Part shown: piece after piece, positions 9,396 through 15,759 of the stretch | Layout: every line of letters starts with the position of its first letter | Numbering within the stretch: position 1 is the stretch's first letter | Assembly: GCA_003559395.1 (NCBI GenBank) | Contig: PWLL01000070.1 | Span: forward strand, 1 to 20,179 | DNA from: Candidatus Iainarchaeum sp. | GTDB taxonomy: Archaea > Iainarchaeota > Iainarchaeia > Iainarchaeales > CSSED10-239 | DNA: 20,179 nucleotides | Direction of reading: 5' to 3' | Notes under the pieces: model-generated | Told to the model about the DNA's origin: nothing | The model's input: the letters and a program-made list of their open reading frames with translations, nothing else | Databases searched by the model: none | Position numbers and translations under genes: made by a program

Positions 9396-10712
9396 ATGAT
9401 GAATGAAATCGTCAAAATCAACCCATTATCGCGGAATAAATCGCAACTCTTTAAAAACTTTTCTATACTTACATATAATATGGACCCTAAAAAAATAGAT
9501 ACTGTTTTATCATTTAGTGAAAAAAGTTTAAATAAGATAACACAGTCTCAAAGAAACAAGCTTACAGATATTGAAAGAAAAATAAATCGTTTTTTTAAAA
9601 AAGGCGGTTTAAACATAATTTTACTTACAGGACTTAGAGGTACAGGAAAAACAACAATACTAAAAACGATTGCAAAAAAATATAATGGATTATATGCAAG
9701 TGGTGATTTTTTAAAAACAAATTCTATTGAAATTGATTATTTTTCAGAAATTGCAATTGCAAACAATTTTAAAATAATAATTATTGATGAGATATTATAT
9801 TTATCAGACTGGCAAATTAAATTAAAAATAGATGCAGATATGAACCAAAAAGTTTTGTATTTTATTTCTGGCTCATCAGCAATGCAATTAAAAAAAATAT
9901 CACAAGATCTTTCTAGAAGATTAGATATTTATAAATTAAATCCATTATCTTTTAAAGAATACTTAAAAATAAAAAAAAACAAGATTTTAGATGTAAACAT
10001 CACATTCGATATTTTTAATAAAAAACAAAAAGACGTTTTTTTGGAACTTTCAAGATTAAAAAACAAACTTCCTAAAAATCTTTTTTTATTATTTAAAGAA
10101 TATTATAAAGAACAACTGACTTTTGTTTTAGAAGAAGAAGATAAAAAAAACAAACTATATCAACTTACTGAAAAAATAATATATAAAGATATGCCACAAA
10201 TAGATAACATTTATTCAGAACATTTAAAAAATACAGAAATAATTGTGAAATTTCTTGCAACTTCTGAAAAACTAAATTATTCTACAATTTCTAATAATCT
10301 TGATATAAAAAAAGACATTGTTAGAAAAATAATAGATCTTTTAGAAAAATCAGAATTAATTTCGATAATTCCTGACATTGTACCAACAAGAGAACTGAGA
10401 AGTAATAAAAAGATATTATTTTCTAGCCCTTCAATAAGATTAGCACTAAATGAAATTAATTTAGAAAAAACAGTTGGTTTTTCTAGAGAAGACATGTTTG
10501 GTTTAATTTTAAATATATCAAATATTAAGTTTGGATATAATTACAAACAAGATGGATTTGATTATTTAGTTAAAAATAAAAAATTTGAAATTGGATATAA
10601 TAAAAAAAACATAGCTCCTGGCACAATTGTTGTTGGTGATTTTATAAACCTTGATTTTAAGAAAGATGTTTTATTTGTTCCTTTTTATATTTTTTCTTTA
10701 ATAAATGAATAA
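9396..10712 (+). CDS. AAA+ superfamily ATPase, AAA_14 plus DUF4143-type (COG1373-like)
   Basis: Walker A LTGLRGTGKTT and Walker B IIIIDEILYLSDW. Also ISGSSAMQL and RLDIYKLNPLSFKEYL, typical of AAA_14. The C-terminal half has the pattern LATSEKLNYSTISNNLDIKKDIVRKIIDLLEKSELI plus DGFDYLV...FEIGYNKK, typical of DUF4143. Confidence 0.85.
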   Translation: MMNEIVKINPLSRNKSQLFKNFSILTYNMDPKKIDTVLSFSEKSLNKITQSQRNKLTDIERKINRFFKKGGLNIILLTGLRGTGKTTILKTIAKKYNGLYASGDFLKTNSIEIDYFSEIAIANNFKIIIIDEILYLSDWQIKLKIDADMNQKVLYFISGSSAMQLKKISQDLSRRLDIYKLNPLSFKEYLKIKKNKILDVNITFDIFNKKQKDVFLELSRLKNKLPKNLFLLFKEYYKEQLTFVLEEEDKKNKLYQLTEKIIYKDMPQIDNIYSEHLKNTEIIVKFLATSEKLNYSTISNNLDIKKDIVRKIIDLLEKSELISIIPDIVPTRELRSNKKILFSSPSIRLALNEINLEKTVGFSREDMFGLILNISNIKFGYNYKQDGFDYLVKNKKFEIGYNKKNIAPGTIVVGDFINLDFKKDVLFVPFYIFSLINE

Positions 10713-10735
10713 TATTTTGAAAAAACTGATAAAAA

Positions 10736-11914
10736 ATGGTATTTAATAAACTTTTTGAAAAAATATTTAAAAAAGAAAAAGATTCTAAAACTAGTAAAAA
10801 AGAAATCTCTTTTGAAGAAACAGAAACATGGATAATCTCTGAAAAAGAAAAAACAAAAAATACAGAAAAAGAGATTCTTAATACTATTGAAAATAAAAAA
10901 AAACAATTTTTAGAAGAAATTAAAGAAAATATAAAAAATATTGAAGAACTGGATGTAGATTCAAAAGATGCTGATAAAAGAATTAAAAAAATTGTTAAAA
11001 AAAACGTAAATGAATATCTTGTGCGTGTGAAAAAACTTACAGAAAACATAAACAAGCTAGATGAAAATAGTTTTGAAGCTTTTATAAATACAATAAATAA
11101 CAATTTTATTGATTTTGAAAAAAAATCAATCTTAAATTATGAAAAAGCCATTTTTTTAATAGATAAACCCTTAGTTGATCTTAGAAAAACAATTGCTGAT
11201 TTTTCTAATTTTTTAATAAAAGTTTTTGAAAAAAATAAAGATATTATCTCTGTTTCTCGTAAACTTTCTTTTGTTCAAGAGAAAGTGCAAGAGATAAAGG
11301 TTTTTAATAAAAAACTTCTAGAAACTAATGAAAACATAAAACAAATAGATGAGAAAATAAAAAACCTAGAACAAGAAAATAAAAAAATTCTAGAAAATAT
11401 AAAAAACATAAAAGAAGATAAAGAATATATTGAAAACTTAGAGAAAATAGAAGATATTAAAAAAGAAGAAACAAAACTAAAAAAAGAACTTTTGAATCTA
11501 AAAGAAATGATTGATTTTAAAGCTTTAGGAAATATATTCCATATTGATGAAAATAAAATAAAGGTTATAAAAAACTATAAAGATGATTTTGAAAAACACT
11601 ATCTTAATGATAATGGAGATAATATTCTAAAATTGCTAGATGATGCAAAACTAAATAGTTCTGAAATAATATTTAAAGCCAACCATATAAATAATATACA
11701 AAAAGAGATTATAAGAAAAAAAGCAACTATTAATAAAGACAAAACAAAAGACCTGCTTGTTGATATAGATAAAAACAAAAAAGAGATTGAAAATCTTTCT
11801 TTAGAAAAAATGAACGAACACAAAAAATATAAGAAAACAGAAATTGCAAAAGAAGAGTTGATTGTTTATTTAAAAAAAACTTTAGATTATTTTAATATAA
11901 AATTAGATATCTAA
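10736..11914 (+). CDS. hypothetical K/E/N-rich coiled-coil protein
   Basis: A 392-aa ORF with an ATG start 23 nt after the ATPase stop, on the same strand. It shows heptad-like K/E/I/L periodicity throughout, with no catalytic motif or TM segment seen. Confidence 0.75.
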   Translation: MVFNKLFEKIFKKEKDSKTSKKEISFEETETWIISEKEKTKNTEKEILNTIENKKKQFLEEIKENIKNIEELDVDSKDADKRIKKIVKKNVNEYLVRVKKLTENINKLDENSFEAFINTINNNFIDFEKKSILNYEKAIFLIDKPLVDLRKTIADFSNFLIKVFEKNKDIISVSRKLSFVQEKVQEIKVFNKKLLETNENIKQIDEKIKNLEQENKKILENIKNIKEDKEYIENLEKIEDIKKEETKLKKELLNLKEMIDFKALGNIFHIDENKIKVIKNYKDDFEKHYLNDNGDNILKLLDDAKLNSSEIIFKANHINNIQKEIIRKKATINKDKTKDLLVDIDKNKKEIENLSLEKMNEHKKYKKTEIAKEELIVYLKKTLDYFNIKLDI

Positions 11915-11948
11915 AAAATTAATTTTTCTTTTAAAAACAGACTTACAA
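11915..11948. terminator. oligo-T tracts between convergent genes (possible bidirectional archaeal terminator)
   Basis: Plus strand has T5 then T4 (11923-11932). The minus strand reads T5 (11933-11937) and a further T run (11913-11918). Archaeal termination uses oligo-T, but the AT-rich background weakens this call. Confidence 0.3.
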
Positions 11949-12845
11949 CTATTTAATTCTTGTAATTTCAATAACAAAATTGGTTTCAGAATACGCATAT
12001 TTTTCACCTAAAGAAGGGTCCATATTAAAAAATCTTAATGAAAAATCTTTACTTTTTTCTAATATTTTTAAATCATATTTTCTTTTAGGATATTCTTTTT
12101 GTAAAAATCTTTGTGAGTTTTTAATAAATGTTCTAAATATTGTTTTTACAAATTCTTCTTTTTCTTTTTCATTATTGATATTCAATAATCTTTTTAAAAA
12201 AACTTCTTTTCTTCTATCTCCTGATTTTGATTCAATTCTCTCAAAATCTATTTTTTTTAAATTTCTAAAATCACGTATTTTCTTATTAATTTCTAAAAAT
12301 GCACGGCCGCCTTTTTTTAGAGTACTCGCAGTTGTAAATACAGAATATTCAGGATATTTTGTATGATATCCAACACTTTTTACAGAAATAACAGAGTCAT
12401 ATTTATCTTTTAGTGCTTTTACTAGTTTTGGATGTTCTGCTCTACTTATTTGTTCAAAACTTACATTTGAAGAAAAATCATTTTTTATTTCTTTTCCTAA
12501 AAATCTTGGATCTATAGTTTTTGTTAAACCAAAAACATCAATCTGTGGTTTCATACCAAAAGAAGATAATCTTTCATAAAGTCCAGTTGCTTCTTTTCCT
12601 TTTCCGGGACCTAAAATTAATATTCTTGGTCTTTTTTTTTTTATTTTTTTCAAAAAATGTATTGGTCTATTTTTAAGAGCCATTTCTATTGCTTGTGCAT
12701 AAGACACTTCATCTCCATTATATAACCATTTTTCTCCTTTTACTCCTCTTTTTGCACGATCTAATATATTTTGTGTACTGACGGTGTTTTTTCTTTTAAA
12801 TTCTGTTTTTATTTTTTTTCGTCTTCTAGACATACCTATATTCAT
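11949..12845 (-). CDS. hypothetical protein with a basic N-terminus and a possible class I SAM-methyltransferase (Rossmann) fold
   Basis: Motif-I-like RILILGPGKGKEA, then IDVFGL (beta2 acidic residue), YDSVISVKSVGYH (motif-IV-like) and LKKGGRAFLEI. The N-terminus (MSRRRKKIKTEFKRK) is strongly basic. The functional call is weak. Confidence 0.5.
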   Translation of the reverse strand: MNIGMSRRRKKIKTEFKRKNTVSTQNILDRAKRGVKGEKWLYNGDEVSYAQAIEMALKNRPIHFLKKIKKKRPRILILGPGKGKEATGLYERLSSFGMKPQIDVFGLTKTIDPRFLGKEIKNDFSSNVSFEQISRAEHPKLVKALKDKYDSVISVKSVGYHTKYPEYSVFTTASTLKKGGRAFLEINKKIRDFRNLKKIDFERIESKSGDRRKEVFLKRLLNINNEKEKEEFVKTIFRTFIKNSQRFLQKEYPKRKYDLKILEKSKDFSLRFFNMDPSLGEKYAYSETNFVIEITRIK

Positions 12846-12990
12846 AATATTACCAACAAAAATTAAGATATTTTATAATTTTTATAAATTTTTTTTAAAT
12901 AATATATAAATTATATAACAATTAATTTTTATTACTTTCTATAAACATATAAAAAATGTTTTTGAAATAATATACTACCAATAATTTTAT

Positions 12991-13034
12991 AACTGACCGA
13001 AACCAGCCATTGGGTGTCAACTGACCGAAACCAG
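12991..13034. repeat. two identical 16-bp direct repeats AACTGACCGAAACCAG separated by 12 bp
   Basis: Exact copies at 12991-13006 and 13019-13034. They are GC-rich relative to the surrounding intergenic DNA. The tRNA-proximal copy sits in a perfect inverted repeat CAACTG-N8-CAGTTG (13018-13037). Confidence 0.9.
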
Positions 13035-13040
13035 TTGAAA

Positions 13041-13114
13041 CAGACCAGGTGGGAGTCGAACCCACGATCCCAAGCTTAGGAGGCTTGTGCATTATCCAGC
13101 TATGCTACTGGTCT
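13041..13114 (-). tRNA. tRNA-Arg (anticodon CCU)
   Basis: The minus strand folds as a full cloverleaf. Acceptor stem AGACCAG/CTGGTCT, U8, D stem GCAT/ATGC with a GG loop. Anticodon stem CAAGC/GCTTG with loop CUCCUAA. A 5-nt variable loop, T arm GTGGG-TTCGACT-CCCAC, and discriminator G. No intron and no encoded CCA. Confidence 0.93.
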
Positions 13115-13138
13115 CTAATCTAAAATCTTAATGATCAA

Positions 13139-13146
13139 ATTTAAAA
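13139..13146 (-). promoter_or_regulatory. TATA-like box for the tRNA-Arg gene
   Basis: The minus strand reads TTTTAAAT, 25-32 nt upstream of tRNA nucleotide 1. It directly abuts the stop codon (13147-13149) of the upstream gene. Confidence 0.4.
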
Positions 13147-13503
13147 TCACTTTTCATAATTTAACACATCAACTGTTACAACTAAAACGCCTTTACAGGG
13201 AAGTCCGTTATTTTCTTTTAAAGATTTAATAAAATCATATTCTTTTCCTTCACTCCTATAATCGACAAAACCATCCATATACAAAAAGCCATCTTTTTCT
13301 GAACCAACACACAAAGAAACATTCTTATTTTCAAGAACATTATCTTTTGTAATTTTCATAAAATTGTCAGTGATCAATATTTTATTATCTAAAACTTTCA
13401 CACAAGCAACAACAATTACATGTGGTTTTATTTTTTTAGAACTTGTTGCAAGAAACAACAAGTTGTTTTCTATTAGATTTATGCTTTTTTCTCCAAATGT
13501 CAT
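13147..13503 (-). CDS. pyridoxamine 5'-phosphate oxidase-like FMN-binding split-barrel family protein
   Basis: A 118-aa ORF with the family pattern LFLATSSKKIKPHVIVVACVKVLDNKILITDNFMKITKDNVLENKNVSL, followed by a beta-rich C-terminus. Confidence 0.7.
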   Translation of the reverse strand: MTFGEKSINLIENNLLFLATSSKKIKPHVIVVACVKVLDNKILITDNFMKITKDNVLENKNVSLCVGSEKDGFLYMDGFVDYRSEGKEYDFIKSLKENNGLPCKGVLVVTVDVLNYEK

Positions 13504-13587
13504 AAAAACGAACCTTTTTAAATCATTACAATATTATTTATATATAGTATGTTATTTTAAAATTTCATATATATAATATTAAATACA

Positions 13588-13611
13588 TTTATATAGTATT
13601 TGCTTTATATA
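13588..13611 (+). promoter_or_regulatory. two TTTATATA boxes upstream of adk, in the divergent promoter region
   Basis: TTTATATA occurs at 13588-13595 and 13604-13611. AAAGGTT (13648-13654) lies 7 nt before ATG 13662. Which box is used, if either, cannot be decided from sequence. Confidence 0.35.
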
Positions 13612-13661
13612 TATTAATAATAAAACACTTTAAAAACTATTGTAAAAAAAGGTTATCAAAT

Positions 13662-14216
13662 ATGAAAGACGTTATAGTGTTTTTAGGAATGCCTGGAAGT
13701 GGAAAAAGCACACAAGCAGGATTCTTATCTGTAAACAAAAAATACACAAAGTTTGTTACGGGAGACATAATAAGAAACACTCTTAAGAAAAAAACAAAAC
13801 TTGCGAAAACTATAAAAAAAATAGTAGATGTTGGAGATCTTATTCCTTTTGAAGTTTCTGCAGATCTTCTTTTTACAGAAATAAAAGAACATAAATCTAA
13901 AAAAATATTAATAGATGGGTTTCCTAGACAAATCGAACAAGCATATATTCTAGATTATTTTTTGTATGCCAAAGAATATAATCTAAGAGCTGTCCTATAT
14001 ATTGATATCTCTAAAAAAGAAAGCTATAAAAGATTATTACAAAGAAAAAGAAAAGACGATACTAAAAAAGTAATAAAAGAAAGAATAAATGTTTTTCGTA
14101 AAGAAATAACTCCAGTTCTTGAAAGATATAAACAAAAAGGGTTGTTAGTAGAGATTAATGGAGAACAAACAATAGAAGAAGTTTATTCTGAAATTATTAA
14201 AAAACTAAAAATGTAA
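13662..14216 (+). CDS. adk: adenylate kinase, short-LID type (bacterial/eukaryotic-type NMP kinase)
   Basis: P-loop GMPGSGKSTQ, then TGDIIRN, ILIDGFPRQIEQA and LQRKRKDDTKKVIKERI. It is 184 aa with no zinc LID insertion. Confidence 0.88.
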   Translation: MKDVIVFLGMPGSGKSTQAGFLSVNKKYTKFVTGDIIRNTLKKKTKLAKTIKKIVDVGDLIPFEVSADLLFTEIKEHKSKKILIDGFPRQIEQAYILDYFLYAKEYNLRAVLYIDISKKESYKRLLQRKRKDDTKKVIKERINVFRKEITPVLERYKQKGLLVEINGEQTIEEVYSEIIKKLKM

Positions 14217-14230
14217 AATAGGATATTTTT

Positions 14231-15754
14231 ATGATGCCTGATAAAAGAGTTATTGATAATATAAAAAAACTAATCAGTTTAGGTATGAGTGAAGATGATA
14301 TTATTAGTCAGTTAGAAAACATGGGCGTTAATGAAAGTGATGCAAAAGAACTAATTGCAAATGCTAAAGGAAAAGAAGATAAATCTAAAGAAGAAAAAGA
14401 AGAGAAACCTAAAACAGAAGAAAAAGAAGAATTACTTCCTAAAAATCTTTTTAAAGATGATGATATTGAAGATATTAAAAGTTTAGATGAAAATAATATA
14501 GAAGATACACAAGAAGAAAAAGAAAAACCCAAATCAGAAGAAGAAAAAGAAGATTATGATCTATCTTCTGGACTTAATGTTGATGATTTTAAAAAATATA
14601 CAGATGATGATTCTGATGATACTAAAGAAACAAATGACTATGATATTAATATTGATCTAAATAAAGAAAAATCTAATTCTTCTAAAAATGAAAACATATG
14701 GCAGTCTGGACTTGTAACAACACTTAACACAAAGATTGCTGAAATTGAAGAAAAACAAAAAGAAATTGAAGAAAATATTCAAAAAAAAATGGACGTTGAA
14801 ATTAACAAATATAAAAAAATACAACAAACAACTAAAAACTTATTACTAAGTAATGTAAAAGAAGAACTTGCAAATGCAAAAGAAAATATTGTTGGTTCTG
14901 TTACTAAACAACTAACACAAATAAAAATAGAACAAGCAAAAATAAACAAAAGTGTTTCAGAAATAGATAGTGGAAAAAAAGAAGTTTCGGAAAAAATACA
15001 AGAATTTGATAATGTTAAAGATAAAGTTACAGAAGATGCAGAAAGAATACAAGATGAAATAAAAAAAATGGCATCCACAATAACTGTAAAAATAAATCAA
15101 AAAACAAAACAAATAAACGAAATACTATCTCTACAATCTAAAATATCACAAGGACTTATAAAAAACACAAAAACAGCTGTTGAAAAAGAAGTTCAAAAAA
15201 TTGCTGAGTTTAAAGAAAAAGTAGACTCACAAATAAATCCTAAAAAACTATATGATAAACTAGAAGAGTTAGAAAAATTTAAAACACAACTTGCAAAAAG
15301 ATATGATAATAGATTCGATGCAGTAAAAGATGAGTTTTTAAAAAAAGCACATAATGCTTTTAAAGAAAAAATAAATGAAGAACTTAAAGATGTGCAAAAA
15401 GTAAAAGAAGAAATTGTACAAAAAACAGACCCAGAAATAATTAATAAAAAATTAGAAGAACTAGAAATATTTGAAAAACACCTTCTATCAAAGATTGATG
15501 AAAAAATAACACAATCTTTAAATATTTATGAATCTGGAATAACTCAAGAATTTAAAGGAAAAATAAAAGAATTTGATGAACAAATTAAAAAAACAGAAGA
15601 CTTGTTTAATCGCCTAGAACTTGCAAAAGAAAATATTAAAGAAATTAATGGGTTTAAAGATCAATTTATTACTATTGTAGATAAAAATATAGAAAAAATG
15701 AATAAAACAATGTCTACAATAGAAGAAAAATTAAAGAAAATAGAAGAAAAATAA
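14231..15754 (+). CDS. hypothetical protein: UBA-like N-terminal helical domain, acidic disordered linker, long coiled coil
   Basis: A 507-aa ORF 14 nt downstream of adk. Residues 7-45 are IDNIKKLISLGMSEDDIISQLENMGVNESDAKELI. Residues about 46-155 are a D/E/K-rich low-complexity stretch. The rest is heptad-like. Confidence 0.75.
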   Translation: MMPDKRVIDNIKKLISLGMSEDDIISQLENMGVNESDAKELIANAKGKEDKSKEEKEEKPKTEEKEELLPKNLFKDDDIEDIKSLDENNIEDTQEEKEKPKSEEEKEDYDLSSGLNVDDFKKYTDDDSDDTKETNDYDINIDLNKEKSNSSKNENIWQSGLVTTLNTKIAEIEEKQKEIEENIQKKMDVEINKYKKIQQTTKNLLLSNVKEELANAKENIVGSVTKQLTQIKIEQAKINKSVSEIDSGKKEVSEKIQEFDNVKDKVTEDAERIQDEIKKMASTITVKINQKTKQINEILSLQSKISQGLIKNTKTAVEKEVQKIAEFKEKVDSQINPKKLYDKLEELEKFKTQLAKRYDNRFDAVKDEFLKKAHNAFKEKINEELKDVQKVKEEIVQKTDPEIINKKLEELEIFEKHLLSKIDEKITQSLNIYESGITQEFKGKIKEFDEQIKKTEDLFNRLELAKENIKEINGFKDQFITIVDKNIEKMNKTMSTIEEKLKKIEEK

Positions 15755-15759
15755 TTCTT

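Noticed and set aside
10277-12366. Minus and plus shadow ORFs across the ATPase/coiled-coil/methyltransferase-like region (10277..10495, 10657..11103, 10685..10906, 11599..11823, 11980..12366)
   Set aside because: These are F/S/L-rich translations produced by reading poly-purine K/E codon runs on the opposite strand. They overlap better-supported genes, and 10657..11103 even spans an intergenic gap.
12632-12642. An 11-nt homopolymer (T11 on plus, A11 in the coding strand) inside the methyltransferase-like gene, considered as a possible slippage or phase-variation site
   Set aside because: It encodes an in-frame Lys run (KKIKKKRPR) in a genome where A/T homopolymers of 8-9 nt are common in coding regions (for example 3082-3090 and 5970-5978). 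A single sequence cannot show length variation.
12991-13034. The 16-bp direct repeats considered as a CRISPR remnant or as att sites of an element integrated at the tRNA
   Set aside because: There are only two copies with a 12-bp spacer, which is far too short for CRISPR. The repeats do not overlap or duplicate the tRNA 3' end. They are 28 bp apart with nothing between them, and no integrase or cas gene is nearby.
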